From: the human T2T-CHM13v2.0 reference genome, Homo sapiens
DNA length: 64,000 nt
Assembly (NCBI RefSeq): GCF_009914755.1
Contig: NC_060926.1
Strand: one strand, 5' to 3'
Position numbers and translations under genes: made by a program
In this document: positions 28,820-44,022 of the stretch, in pieces
How positions within the stretch are numbered: the first letter of the stretch is position 1
Layout of the letters: each line of letters begins with the position of its first letter
The notes under the pieces: generated by a model
The model's database searches: none
Told to the model about the DNA's origin: nothing
What the model saw: only the letters and a program-made list of their open reading frames with translations

Positions 28820-30879
28820 TCTGAAGGTAGACTAGGTGATTGGTTAATTGCTCTGATGGTGGAAAAGATAAGCAATTGTTATTCCCTCAAATTTTCCAGC
28901 ATTCACAAATTTTTCAGGGTTTTCAGGGTAGTGGAAGCATGAGAATTTCCTTTGGCACTTCTGCGTGAAAACAAACAAACAGAAGCCAACATTGGGTGCC
29001 TTTGAACATATCCAACTTCACAGCAGAAAGAAGCTGAGCATAATGGTGATGCCTAGAGGCTGTGAAAGGAATCACAAGGGAAAAGTTAGAATAGAGATAA
29101 GTTCAACACTTATGGAACCTCAGTTGCATTTGTCAGAGTGATGGCGAGATTTCTGAGAATGAATGGAAACATCTGCCAAGCTCAGAGGGTGCTAGATCTT
29201 CACAATGGCACCAATCACTGGAAATTTCCTGCTTCTATTTCCTCTCCTCCTCCTACTGCTCCAATCATAGGGGGCCGAAAGTCATAATTAACAAAATGGG
29301 TAAAGGAGGAATAAAGGCATGTGGCAGAAATGGAGTAAGGAACTGTAAGCCCTTTCTCTATCTTCAGATTCTCATTTATGGTAAGCAAGTCAGGGAAGAA
29401 GTTGGACTTGAAAGTGATACTGAAGTTATCACTATTACATAGACCTAAACAATTGGTTACTAAACTGAAACTATGTTGTGTGAATCAAAGAGACTGGATA
29501 ATGATTTGCACTACTTAGGATTAAAGAGAAACACCCTGAAGATTTGTTTCATTTTTCTTCCAGGGGCAAGGGAAAGCTTAAACCCACAGGGTAAATTTAA
29601 AGGGACTGTGGGAGACAAGTTGTTTTCTGATGATACTCCATTGAGTTTTGCATGTTCAATGTTAGAGTAGACTGTTGTACAATTAGTAATAATAATCACT
29701 AAGATTATGGCAGTTATTGGAATTGGCTACAACCTAATTAATGTGTCTTTTTAAAAATTTCTTTCCAACTCTAAACATTCAACTTATTTTTGACTTAGAA
29801 CATTGCTTTTCTTTGACATATATTCTTCACCTCTATTACCAAGTTTCCATCATGTTTCTAAATTTATTCTGATATAAATCAAGAGTTTCTGTTTTGCCTA
29901 CCAGGCTGAGAACACCGGACAATGTCACAGGAAAATTGTAATTTAAATAGCTTTTGTGCTACAACATTATATATTTGCATTTCCCTGTCTTTTTAAGAAA
30001 GAAGAGGTAGTGATAGAACAACTAAGGGGAAATTCATATTAGAATGGAGGCTGAGCTAGTTTAACATTACTTTGGCTGTCCTTTCAAGCTAATAATAAAG
30101 GAGCAGCAGTATTATGTAGTAATGCCTTTTCTCCCCATTGTTTTTCAAAAATGCACTCATTAAACCAAAGCTTTCCTATAATCCTTTAATAAACAACTAT
30201 ATAGTTAGCAGCAATATAAAAGCACTTCTATATTTTATAGTAACTAAGAATCCCTGCTATCTATAATTACAGCCAATACTTGGACAAAAGGGGAAAGACT
30301 TAATTTTCTTAATGTTTTCCTGCATGGAAAAACAATCAAGCTTTCCTTCTTATATGTAATTGCCTTGACTGGCCCTAGCTGGGTTTCCTTTTCCAAATTA
30401 TAAGCCAGTCAGATCACTGGAGTGTTAAAATAAAGTCTTTAAAGAGCCAGATATTATTTGATTGTCTGTAGGTCTAATGGCAGTGATAAGAATTTTCTAA
30501 GTCACATTTGTCCTTTGCTCTCATTCATTCTCTCAAGGGCCAGACTGACTCTATTCATTGACCTTAAATCTTGATTAAGTTCTGGCTGGAAACGAATAAA
30601 GCTGAACACTGGAAAATGGAATAGTCCATCATTGATGGAACTTTGCCTTAAGAAGCAGTGAGGGAAAGAATAAGAAATGTTCTTTCATTAAAGACTGTGC
30701 TAAGCTAATGGGTCTGACTTTGTCAAGTTACTAACAGAATTCAGGAAAGTTGAACCCAGAGTGAACAAGTGTGGAAAGGATGGAAGAAGGGGTGATGTCT
30801 CAAAAGACTTCATTTTCAGGCCTGTTAGCTCATCTTACTGAATGACGCATAGCTACTCCAAACTAGGCATCGATACTTG

Positions 30880-31500
30880 TTTTTCTTGCGTATTGCATTT
30901 GTATTATGTTGACTTTTCCATCTTGCTCTATAAAATATTGAAAGGAGCTGGTTCAAATTTCCCACTATAACTGTAAGTTGATTTATTTTCTCCCCATAGA
31001 TTTGTCTTTTTCTGCTTTCTACATTTTGTGGCTATGTTATTGAGTGTACTCAAATTTTAAATAGTTCTTGCCCTGTGAATCTTTATCACAGGAATGCGTC
31101 TTCTTATCTCTAGTAGTTTTCTTGCATTAAAGTTTGGTGTGCCTGATATTAGCATGGCTCCACAGACTTTCTTTTGGATATAGTGGTAAAGTGTTTCTTT
31201 TTCCCTCAACTTATTTCTAATATTTTTGTAGCACTATGTTCATATGTGCCTTTTGTAAAAGACTATAATTTGATTTTAAATCTTTAAATCTAGTCTGAAA
31301 ATACTGGTATTTTAATTGGAACATTTAGTATAGTTACATTTATTGTAATTATCCAAATATTTGGGTTCATATCTACCATCTTATTTTGTGCTCTGTGGCC
31401 TCCCTCTTCTGTTCCTTTTTTTTTTTTTTTTTTACTGTCCTTTCTTGGTTTGTCTCAGATTTTTCGAATATTTTTATTATTGCATTTTCCCTTTGATGAT
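30880..31500 (-). mobile_element. Ancient L1ME-type fragment (ORF2 5' region)
   Basis: T-rich antisense L1M motifs 'aaatttcccactataactgta', 'gctatgttattgagtgtactcaaatttt', 'cctgatattagcatggctcc'. Confidence 0.65.
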
Positions 31501-32546
31501 TAAGTCATATTAACACAATTTTATGTTTAAGGAAACTGAGTCATAGGAAATGTTGCTCATAGAAAAGGTCATTCAATATCTGAAAACCTGCTGCATGCCT
31601 CCAAAAAGCATATTTTTATCTATTATGCTGCTGTTCAAGGAACCAAACTGAGATTATCATTAATTCCTCTATATCTAACACAGTGTTATATCTGTAAGAT
31701 TAGTATCTTTGTATTCCTACCCATAAATTTTCTCTCTTTTTGTTTCTATGCTGTGATTGTAACTTCAGGCTCCCAATTCACCATTAGAAGTAAAGCACAA
31801 AAACATGACTCCAAGCATAGGCTATACATATATTCAACACTGTGAGTTCCAAATGGTCCTTGAAGATCCACATTTCCAAGGAACATATTTGGAAAGCCAC
31901 AGCAGTGAATTAAACTATCTTTCTAACTACCCCTCTACAATATTGAGGAAACAAAAATATTTATTATCATTAATTTCCAATAAAGTTGTGTTTGATTCTG
32001 TGAACAAAACCAAGCAGATCAGTATCAAAGAATGGTTTGCATGTTGACACATATCTCTGAATTAAGATATTTTTACAGGCAATTTTAAGGATTCTTTTGA
32101 TCACAGTTTTGTTAAGCACTCTCAGTTGAGTTTCTTAGTTTGGATGTATACATATAACTATAAAAGGAAGATTAGAAAGTAGCAAAGCAACATCAAAGAA
32201 GACAGTCATACAGGCTCCCAGTTAGTTGCCATAAAAAATCAACAGTAAGAAAAGTTTTAATTTTATGAAAAGCACAGATCACCTAATTATAATGAATCGA
32301 AGAATAATTTGAATTAATTGCTTTTTCAATATTTATAATTCACATTTCATTGGGCTTTTCATTTTCTGTAAGGTTAATTTCCCTTCACTTTTTAAGTCAT
32401 TATTTAGTATGTGCTTTAGAGAGTTGAGTTTTCCAAACAGAACTGTAAATAAAAGACTGAGAAAACATTCCACAATCAATGAGTGACAAGTGTTTGCTAT
32501 AATTTGGGGATAAAATCAAATATAGTTTAGACAATTAATCTAACAA

Positions 32547-32547
<1 letters not shown>

Positions 32548-32589
<42 letters not shown>
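32548..32589. repeat. (TG)n microsatellite
   Basis: About 21 units. Confidence 0.97.
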
Positions 32590-32590
<1 letters not shown>

Positions 32591-33619
32591 CTGTTACTTT
32601 TGACTTCCCTCACAGAAAAACTTTAAAGAGAGGTTGACTCAATCTTAGTATGGTTTTGATTTTTTTTTTTACTTTCTTGTATTTATTTTCTTTTTAAACT
32701 AGTAAATGTAGTAGACTTAACATTAACCAAATAAAAGTGTTGAAAGGAGAGTCTTCTGAGGCAAACTCTCATTTAAGTCACTCTATTTGTGCAAAACATT
32801 TGCAACATGATAAAACTCTTTAACAAGCTTGGATTCCTTCCTGGGTGTTATAAATATTTTAAACTCAGATTGGTTTGGATGTTTTACTCAACAAGTACCA
32901 ACATTATTCTATTGGTTCAATTATATCAGAAGACATTCTCTTTGTAGAGCTGGCTTTGTGGTTCTTATTTTAAAATCTGGGAGTAATTCCAATGCTATTA
33001 AATGAGCTCTTGAAAAGATGAAAGAGGGAGAAGGGACATCACAAGGACTACAAATACATAATAAGTGATTCTGACATAGAATCTTATATATCAAGGTGAG
33101 AAATAATATGTTAAGGTGTTTTTACTTCTCAAAATATTTTTTATATATGCTATTTTTGGCGTTGTTAAAAAATCAATGTACAAGGCCTGAAAAAACATAA
33201 GCCTCAACACTATAATCATATATCGATTTTTGACCAAATATAACAGTATGCATATTGATCACCCATTCTTTTTGCCAGACCAAGTTCTTGTTGCCATCTT
33301 CAAATTAGAAGGATAGTCCGCTACAGAGAATATTTGTACATCCAGAAGACAGGCTGATCTTTCTATTCTTTCTATTAACAATAGCATCTAGAAGGCTGTT
33401 TATAACCTAGGAAGCAATCTAAGACCCAGAAACATTAGTTTAACTGAATTGAAAGTACCAGCGATTCCAAGTGAAAATTTCAAAAACTGAACTCAAATTG
33501 GTACTGCTTTGTGACAGTATATGTGATTATGTCCAAATTTTAATGCACGATTCTACATTTTTAGCATAGGTAGCTCCAGTTGAGTTATACAACTCTCCTC
33601 TGTGATGCACAGGACTCTG

Positions 33620-33810
33620 GATGCCTTTCTTTTACAGCCTGCCTCATGCTGTAATCCCATTGCCTATGCATTTGTCTTCTTCACAAATATAGGCTATAAC
33701 CTCCTTGATTGCAGAGCCTATATCCTGTTTACACTGTGTTCCCACTACCTCTTCCAGTTATTGCAACAAAACAGAAACTTGGTATTTGCTAAAAAATTAA
33801 ATTATATGTT
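33620..33810 (+). mobile_element. L2 3' end fragment
   Basis: 'ctataacctccttgattgcagagcctatatcctgtttacactgtgtttccc'. Confidence 0.5.
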
Positions 33811-34984
33811 TTAAAGACAAATAGAAAAGTTAATACATTTCTGAAAGATGTTGGCCCATTCAGCCAAATCTTTGAACTTGCTAGCATCAATAATCCTGTG
33901 TAATGGGAATTACTGCTCAAAACAATAAGCCTAAAGTCCTGTAAGATTCGAAAGTGTAACAATACAAAATATATAAAATAATATACTTAACATAAATACC
34001 TAGTACAATATCTGTGTCACAGTGGTGGTAGATGATGTGAATACAAACACTATACATGCACTTTTTACATTTACGGAACTGAATCATGTAACTGGATAGC
34101 TCTTTAACCATAACCCTATTCACCCAAAGTGGCCATAATGATGTTGACATAACTAACTGTAAGTAAAAAATATATAAGTAATATTGACTTTAAAGCTATG
34201 TACAGAAACACTTCACAACATAAAATGTATACTTTGTGATTCAGAAAACTTGCAAAGACATACTGATATTCCAACTGCTTTGGAATTGTAGTCGACACAA
34301 AAGGAGAAGTAGGTCTTGCTCTGAAAGTGTTTATAATCTCACGAGCCTTATCTATAACCAGTAAACAAGGGTTAAATATTAAGTGCTGATTATAAACATC
34401 AAATGCATTCGAAAAGGAGGATATGAGTATGGATTACAGGATCCAGAATAGAATCCATGAAGCAAATAGAGTTTGATTTCAGTAAAAAAGAAAGGAGGAG
34501 ATTCAAATACTCTAAAATAAGTTGAGTGGAAGTCCTTATTGGAGAGAGCAATTGAACTCAGACACTGGCCTGAGAATATGTATGTCACATGCTAGTGACA
34601 AGAGTTGTGTATATGTAAAATTACAAGTGATAATATGTAACTGGCAGGCAGTGATGGGGAATTTTGTGAAGTTTGAATAGGATTTTGAATCACAGGGTTA
34701 TTCTAAGATCCTGAAAAGGCAGGTGACCTATGGAAACTAGTGTATCATGACAGTAGTTCTGGAAATGGTCAGCAAGATCTTTGCGGAGAGGATGAAACAA
34801 CGTCAGAGAGATTAAATGCTACTGCAGCCACCTTGTGCTTCAGTACAGAACTGATCAATTCCAGGGGTGATGGAGGTTGCAGGAGGAAAAAGAAAGAAGT
34901 GTGAATTACACATTTGACCATTTCTTTTAGTCTTAAAACTGATTTTAACATTGATATTAGAGCAAAATATCAGTATTAGCTGGA

Positions 34985-35240
34985 TAAAGTAGGTGATAAG
35001 AGTATGGATCCTGAAGACTATAGATCCTGAAATCAGACTGTCCAAGCTTGAATTCTGGTCCTGCAAAAAACTCGCTCTGTTACACTGAGTAACTTACACA
35101 GTCATTTTCACCTCTGTTTTCCCTTGTATGGAATAGACATAATAATTGTATTTTCATGGTAATGCATGTCATAAATATGAAAGAAGATCTTTCATATAAT
35201 GCTTTTGATACAAAGCCTGACACATAGTAAATGATCAACT
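34985..35240 (-). mobile_element. MIR
   Basis: 'ttgaattctggtcctgc...cacctctgttttccc...gcctgacacatagtaaatg'. Confidence 0.65.
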
Positions 35241-35869
35241 CTGAAACATTTTTTAAAAGAGGGAACTAATTTTTCCAAATTATTCAAATGAATTATGATT
35301 GAATGTTTTCATTAATAAATGCGTATAAACTTGTAAAACCATTGTCACAATCAAGATATTGAATATATCAATCAACTCCAATGCTTTCCTTCTGCCATCT
35401 TGTAATCTATCCCTGCTTTCCTAGGTCCTTGTCTATCATCCTTAGGCAACCATTGATCTCCTCCTATCACCATAGATTAGTTTGCATTTTCCATAATTTT
35501 TAAGTAAATGGAATTATGAATTATGTAAACTTATCATGCACTAGCTTCTAAACATATTGTAAATATTCATGCATGGTGCAGTAAAATTATAACAGTACAC
35601 TACTGTTTTCCACTATTAAACTCTGTGCTCTTTTAGTAAAATATTTTATTTCTATATATATTCTAAAACCCACAATGTCATTTTTCAGCTTTACATGGTC
35701 ACTTATAATTAAAAGAAGATTTTAAAAGATATTTTAACAAACTTTTATAGATACCCACTTATTTCCATTGTTCTTCATTCCTTTGTATAAATCCATATTT
35801 CCATCTGGTATTTTTCTTCTTGCTGAAATAATTCTTTTAAAATTTCTTGTATAGTAGGTCTAAGGGTAA

Positions 35870-36266
<397 letters not shown>

Positions 36267-37469
36267 AGACTTTGTTTTTAAAATATATTTTTACTTGCTA
36301 CAGATTTCGAGCTAAGAGATTTTTCTCTTATGCTTTAAAGATGTGCTTCACTGTCATGTAGTGTGTTTTTTAAAAGAAGTTTGCTGTCATTGTTTTCTCT
36401 GCTCCTCTGCATATAATATGTTTTTCTGTTCTGGCTATTTATAAAATTTTCAGTTTACCATTTATTTAACCAATTTGGTCATGACACGCTTTAACAGAAC
36501 TTTATTCATTTTTCTTGTACTTGGGATTTGTCAGACTTATTGGATCTGAGAGTGTATAGTTTCTATTAAATTTGGAAAGCTTTTAGCCTTATTTCTTCAA
36601 ATATTTTTTCTGCCCCCCTCTTCAGAGACTTTACTTACATGTATTTTTGTCTACTTGGAGTTGTCCCACAGCTCACTGATGCTCTGTTTATTATTACCAT
36701 TATTTATTGTTACTATTACTAGCATTAATATTTGTGTTTCACTTGGTATAATTTCTACTGATATACCTTCATGTTTACTAATTGTTTTTTTTTTCCTGCA
36801 GTGTCTAATTGTCTGTTAAACCCATCCAATGCATTATTTTCATATTAAATTTTAGATTTTTTAATCACTATAAATTCAATGGATCTTTATTATATTTTGC
36901 ATCTGTCTCCTTAACTGGCTTATGCTTTTCTCTACCTTCTGTAACATATCTAACCTAGCTCTCGTAACTCATTTAATGTATTTGTGCATGAATGTTACTG
37001 TCTCATATATGAGTCTGTTACTATTGGTTTGATTCTATTTTTCATCATAGGTTGTATTTTTATGCTTCTTTACATGCCTTGTACTTTTTTCTTGATTGCC
37101 AAGTATTGTGAATTGTATTTTGTTAGAGGCTGGACATGTTTGAATTCTTATAAATAAACTTGAGGTTTATTCTGAGATGCAGTTAACTTATATAGAAACT
37201 GTTGTGTCCTTTAGAGTCTTTCTTTTAAACCTTATTAGACAGAACAATAGCAACTTCTCATCTATGACCATTTTTGAACTGCTACAGAAGGAATACCATT
37301 TCTTTGGATAATTTTAATGTATTTTTACATGAATTTGTCTCCCAACACGTCATTATAAATTTTCAAACATATAGAAAAATTGAAAACATGTTTGTAGTGA
37401 ATAACCATATATCTACCACCTGTAATTAGCATTTACTGTACTTGATTTATAACATATATGTACATTTCT

Positions 37470-37790
37470 TCATGCTCCACATCCATGGATTCAATCAACT
37501 CCAGATTGAAAATTTTCAAAAAATAAAATTGTATCTATACTGAATAACTACATCTTTTCATTCTTTTCATAATTCTTTAAACAATGCAGTATAAAAACTA
37601 TTCACATAGCATTTACATTGTATTCGATATTAGATAGCTAGCCTAGAGATGATTTAAAGTATACAGGAGGATGTGCATAGGTTATATGCAAATCCTATGT
37701 CGTTTTATATCTTGAACTTGAACACCCAAGGACTTTGGTATTAGCGGGAGATCTTGTAAAGAGCCCTCATAAATACCAAGGAACAACCAT
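37470..37790 (-). mobile_element. MER2 (TcMar-Tigger) non-autonomous DNA transposon
   Basis: 'ctagagatgatttaaagtatacaggaggatgtgcataggttatatgcaaat' is the MER2 core. Confidence 0.85.
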
Positions 37791-40700
37791 ATTTTTTTTC
37801 TTCCTTTTACTAGCAACCTATATATAGAGAGAGTTGTATTTAAAGTCAGTTTCTTGTAAGCAGCAATCTGTTCAGTCATTTAAAACAATTAACTCTGTTA
37901 ATCTCTGTCATTTAATTTATTTGCCATTTATATCAAAGGCAATTTTAGATATATGTCTTAAGTCTGCTATTTTATTTTTTGGTTTTGATTTGTTTTCTGT
38001 TTTTCTGATTCTTTGTTTTCTTTTTCCCATATTCCTATGAGTTAGTTGAATATTATTTGGATTTCCATTCTGATTCATATGTAATTTTTTGACTGTATCT
38101 TTTTGTATAGCCTTTTAGTTGTTGTTATGCGTATTTTATTATATATACATTATTTATCTCAGTCTACTGGAGTCAAAATTTTACCAGTTCAATTGAAATT
38201 GAGAAATCTTTTATGTTCCTTAACCTTCCCTTGTTTATCATTCATTTTCTTAAATATTTCTTCTCCATACATTGAGAACCACACAAAAGAGCATTATATT
38301 TTTTGCTTCAACTATAGCCCATAATTTAGAAAATACAAGAGAAAGAAATATGGAAAAATTTATTGTATCTCACCGTATTTTTGCTCATTCTGTTCTTTCT
38401 TACTTTCAGATGTTTCAATATATTTTTCTGTATCATGTTTGTGTATCATTAGAAAATTTCCTTTTGCCATTCTTTTAGAATAGATCTGAAGGTGACAAAT
38501 TCTGTTAGTTATTCACTTGAATTTTTTAGTGCTAATTCATTTGATTTTTCTGTTTATTCCTGAAGAATATTTTCTCTGGATCATTTTGATTTAACAATTA
38601 TCTTCTTTCAACACTTGAAAAATATGGTGCTGCCATGGTTTACTCCAACAAATTTGCTGTCATTTGAATTCTTTTCCTCTACAGTTAGTCAGGTTGTCAT
38701 TTTTCATTTCTCAATCATGGCTTTATTTATTACTAGTTTTCAGGATTTTTTTAATTAGCTTATCCTGTTTGGGGTTTACTCAGCTTCTTGAGTCTGTGGG
38801 TTTAAATCTTTTGACAAGTTTTTTTAAAAAAATTCTGTCATTTTTTAAAAATACTTTTTAAATGCCATACAACTTTCTACTCTCTTTCTGGAATTCCAAT
38901 GAAACAAATGTGAGATTCCTTTGTTATGATCCCACAGTTCCTTGATGGGTATTTTTTTCTCCTGTCACTTTTCTTTTTGTTGATCAGACTAAGTAATTTC
39001 TATTGTTCTATCTTCAACTTCACTAATTATTTTCTCTGTTGCCTCTATCCTTATAATGAGCACTTCCATGGAGGATTTTTTCTATTATTGCATTTTTATT
39101 ACAAAAATTTCTATTTTTATGTCATTTCTGGGAATTTGTATTTCTTTTCTAAGACTATATATTTTCATTTATTTCAAGTGTGTTCAAAATTGCTAATTGA
39201 ACCATTTTTATAATGGCTGTTTGAAAATTCATTTCTGATTACTCCTACAGCTGTGTGGTCTCTCTGATTGCCTTTTGTCACTTGAGTTTGAATTTTTCTG
39301 GTTCTTGGTGTGAAGGGTGATTTTCAAATGAAATCTAGGCATTTTAGGTATTATTTTGTGAGACTCTGGATCTTATTTAAATATTTTGCTTTATTTACCT
39401 TATCCTCTGATACCACAGCAGCAAGGGAAGGCGATGCCCTCTCATTTCTGCCATATGTTTAAAAAAATGTGGAAATACAGATTCCCTCTAGTTATGCATT
39501 GATACCATGGGGCTTCCACTCACATGACCTATACTGACATTGTAGGGGGATGGCCTCATTCCTGCTGGGTGGTGGTGGAGGTTCTGAATCTCCACTAGCC
39601 TCCTTTTTACAACCCCCCTAGCAGGGAGATAATGGGATGCTTCCACCACCATATGGTGTGGATGTCCAGGCTCCCTCTATGGTCTCTATTAACATCAGGG
39701 AGAAGAGGCCTTACCACCTGCTGGACAACCGATATCCCAGCTCCCTATGCAGCCCTCTCTGACAACATCCCAGTAGAGTGTTGTAGCACATCGTTATATC
39801 CTGATGAAGGCAGAAGTCTAGACTCTCCATTCAGCCTTTACTGGGAGAGATGGGGATGGGGCCATAGTTTTTCTGTGGTTTGTGGTTGGAGTAGAACAGT
39901 TATTATCTGTCCTATTAGGATGTCCTTTTTTTGGTCTCTTAAGTGAAGAGAACAGGTTTCTGTTGGGGCTCTGTTTTGTCTGTGTCCGTTGATGTTTCCA
40001 GGGTGCTGCCTTCTCTAGCATTCAGCCCAGGATCTAAGATGCTGAAAGAAGAAAACTCAGAGAACTTACCACTATGTCATTCCTTAAATCCTGAGGTCTT
40101 TGATTTAATATATAATGCACAGCATTTTAATCTGTTCTTACAAGGAAGAGTAGGAAAAAGTACCAGCAACAGTATTTGTTTACTGTACCTGGGACTCCAA
40201 GTACTGTATTATAAGGTTTGCCCATGTTGACTGTGAGAGAAGAAACTATTCTTGGCTTTATGTGAGCTCCTGAGATTGTTTTACCTGTTCCTATCAAGTG
40301 GCTTTTTTCTCAGTCTCAAACACATTTGGTAATCAGAACTCAGCTACAGGCATAAGGAACCCTGTGCAGACCTCTGGAATTTCTCTCTGTGCATGGCTCT
40401 CACCTCCACACAGCTCCCACCTCTGCAGCTGCTTTTGTTCTCCCTACTTTTCAATTTTTTTTGTCTCCTTGTTCTGTGTCCAAGAAACTGCCCTGAAAGT
40501 ACAAGATGAGGCAATCAAAGGGATCATCTCATTTGTTTCCCTTCTCTTGAGGATCACAATCCTGTACTGACCTTTCTCCAGTGTCTAAAAATCAGTTTCA
40601 TATATTTTTTCCTGATGGAATGGTGGAGACAAATAGGTTTCAGTTAATTTCTGATGGCCAGGAGTGTAATTTATGTTCCCGGCTTTTTTACTTCCTTCTT

Positions 40701-42424
40701 AGTCATTAGTATTGATTAAAACATGATATTAATTTACTACAATGTTCTCATTTAAGGTTCCTGAAAATACACTTTTTCAATGGAAAATATTTGTTCTAAT
40801 ACCATATGATTTGTATCACATTCACAGGCTAAGTTGGTATTCTTCTGTTGTTTTATACAGTTTCAAATAAAAAGGACAACAGAACATTAATCTAGAAAAA
40901 AGAGAAGATAACAAAAATCTTCTAACCTCATATCTAACTTCTAACTCATATCTAACTGAAGTTAGATATGAGTTAGATATCTAACCTCATCTGTAGATGA
41001 ACTGATGCCTTTCTACTTTAGAGTCCCTCAATTACATTCTAATTACAATCTGGATCCTGTACATTGCTAAGGTACCAGACTTTATTTTACCTTATCAGCA
41101 AACTCATAAATCTTATTTTATTCAGTAGAAAAATTAAATCTTATACAGTGTGCCTGGATTACAAAAGATCTCAAATTGATGACACCTATTAAAGGCAATA
41201 CAAGCTTTCTCCAAAAAAATTATTCTTCCGATTAAGAGAAAAAAATGAGGACTTGCTCCCATTTTATGACATGTTATTGTACAATATGGTACTGTGTAGC
41301 TAGTAATAATATAACATAAAATGGAGCAAGTCCATTTTATGTTGTCAAGGTAATATTCTAAGACTTACATAGGATGCAAAATGCAAGATGTAATTATTAG
41401 GACTCATTTGTTACATTTATGGAAGACTGAGCAGTCACCAATGTGTACTTGTATTTCAATAGCATTATAGATGCCATCTACCCTAGCAAACTTACTCCAT
41501 TGCTAAACTCACATTTACTTTATATCTCAGATATTTTATGTATGAAAATGGAAACAATGGTTAACTGTGATATTGCTTTGAAACTGGCATGAGAAAATTT
41601 ATTATTTTGATGAATTACCAACCTTTCTAATTTATCGTGAATATGAACACTTTCGAAAAGCCTATGGGGAATACAGCAGAGGAAAAATGTCTCTTCCGCA
41701 TATAGATCAAATTTTTAAATAATTTAGAAGATTTTGGCACTACCAATTGCTATACATGCTGCCACAAAGTTGGTTTGAGATAAATTAGTATAGCAGGGTC
41801 TTTTAACTCATTGAACCCTCTTCAGTTACTTTATCCAAATATCACAAACAGATGATGAAACAAAAGCAGGCAGAGGATGTTCCCATTCTGGCAGGAAGCA
41901 GTAGAAAATCTGTACTTTGTATAATTAATTTATTGTTATGCCTATAATTATTAGCACTTGATTATTTTTCCATTACTGACCAGGGAGATAATAATTGTGC
42001 TATTGTTTATCAATTTGTGTGAGGATTTCCTGTTCATTTATCCCAACATTTTTCAAACCAGAATACTCTTTCTGCCAGAATTCTTAAAGGGTAATGGCTA
42101 GTAACAAGTGCCACTTCTCATGTACTGAGTTAAGCAAAGTTCAATAGTTTCCCTTTTCTAGCCTTTAATTTAGAACCTTTGTTTTACTAATGTCCATAAT
42201 CTCCGAGTGGAATACAACATGTAGCTTATCTCAACCACATTGACACAGAGAACACATTTTGTAACTTTCCTGTGAATATCTTAAAAAATTGCACTTCTTA
42301 GAACACTTGTTGAGAAATACTATCCTCAACTATCCCGGAATTATAGCAAACATAACCCAGAATGATATTTGATCTTCATTCCAAACTAAGCAGTGATTTT
42401 TATGGTTATACCACAAAGTTGACA

Positions 42425-42912
42425 TTCATGGATTCCTTAATGGTCACAAATTCCTCCTATTCAAGTATACATGTCCCTTTGCAACTATGCTTTACCACAT
42501 CTCCCATCCAAAGAGGGAGTCTATTTCTCTACCTTCTTAGATCTGGGCTGTCCATGTCACTCATTTTGACCACTAGAATAACGTGGCATTAGTAATGGTG
42601 TATGAGTTATGGAGCATAGGTTTTAAGACATCTTGCAGCCTTCTCCCTCACCTGCTTGGAACATTGCCCTGAAATTAACAGACAGGGAAGCCAATATAGC
42701 CTAGTAGTATGTGAGTGAGGCTATCTTGGACCTTCCAATCCAGTTGATTCTCCACGTGAAAGCAGCTATGTGTGTCCAGGTGAATACAGCAAGAAACCAC
42801 CCAGCCAACTGACAGAATCATAAGAAAGAATAGTTAGATATTTTAAGACACTAAGCTGTGGTGAAGTTTGTTTTTGGTTTTTGTTTTTGTTTTCCTGAGG
42901 ACAACTGACACA
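42425..42912 (+). mobile_element. MLT1 (G/H/J-like) MaLR LTR
   Basis: 'ctcccatccaaagagggagtctatttctctacc', 'cccagccaactgacagaatcataaga', 'ttttaagacactaag', ending 'actgacaca'. Confidence 0.7.
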
Positions 42913-43977
42913 GTAGTTATACTAGAAAAACATTCATAATATTTTGGTCCCTCACATTCGAAGGTCTGCCAGTTTTGGAGAAGAGCACTGTGTCTCGTCA
43001 GAATCATTTGGGTGTTATTGACTTTTTAAACAAGTGACAGAAAGTTGTGAAGTGTCCCATTATTGTAAACTATCTACATCTCCTCATTCCCATTGGCACA
43101 CATATACTACCCTTCTAAGAACAACAATAAAATGGAGGGCCACCAAAAAGAATGCGTGCCCTCCTTAGGGAGCAGTCTTAGGATAATCTGGGATCACATG
43201 TGAATGCAGTAAAGAAAGAAAGTCTCATTTTGCGAATCAGATGGGGCGGTGGAGGAAAAGCATGCCCTGTAGGAGTCTACAAGCTCCTACACACTGCAGA
43301 GTTCTCATGCAGATGAGCACCTTGCCTTTTATCTGTGATTCTATTCTGGGATAAAATGTTAGTTGGGCCTGCAAGAGCTCCAGAATTAACATTTATTGCC
43401 AAGTGAAGATGCGCCTTGTGTTTCCTTTTTCTATGTGTAGGAAAAGAAGAATTGTTCATATCTTATAAGAACATTACCTATGCAGTAGCTTGAGCATCAT
43501 TAGTACTTACCGTAAGAATTGTTATGAGATATGGGAATTAATGGCCCTCCAAATGGTCAGAAATTTCATCTCTTTACTAACAGTTAGTAATATAACACCA
43601 AGTAATGACAAATGCCAGTGAAGTGAAGACCATATTGTACAGACTACTAAGTTTTGCTGCCACCCAGAAATGTTATGAATTACTGTAGTAATATAAGCCA
43701 ATGTGGCATATGGTACATGGCATATTTTTAAATGTTACACATTTTAAATTTGGGCAAAAGTTCATTGCAGTGCCTGTTTCTTCATTCCTTTTTTATCCCT
43801 TTTAAGAGAAACCTTCTCTCAGTAGCTGAAGAATGTCAGTTAAAGGATGTCAATACAATGTTACATTAATTGGTATTCTTTATAAAATATCTCGATTTAT
43901 TTATACAACTGAGATATACATTAAAGAGTTATAAAATTATGTAGACTGTGAGTGTGCTTGTTATTTAAATATGTATC

Positions 43978-44022
43978 CCACACACACACATGCACACACA
44001 CTCACACACATAAACATACATG
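43978..44022. repeat. Imperfect (CA)n
   Basis: Directly visible. Confidence 0.8.

Noticed and set aside
28990-29680. Possible ancient LTR
   Set aside because: It resembles an old LTR in composition, but I cannot assign a family or termini.
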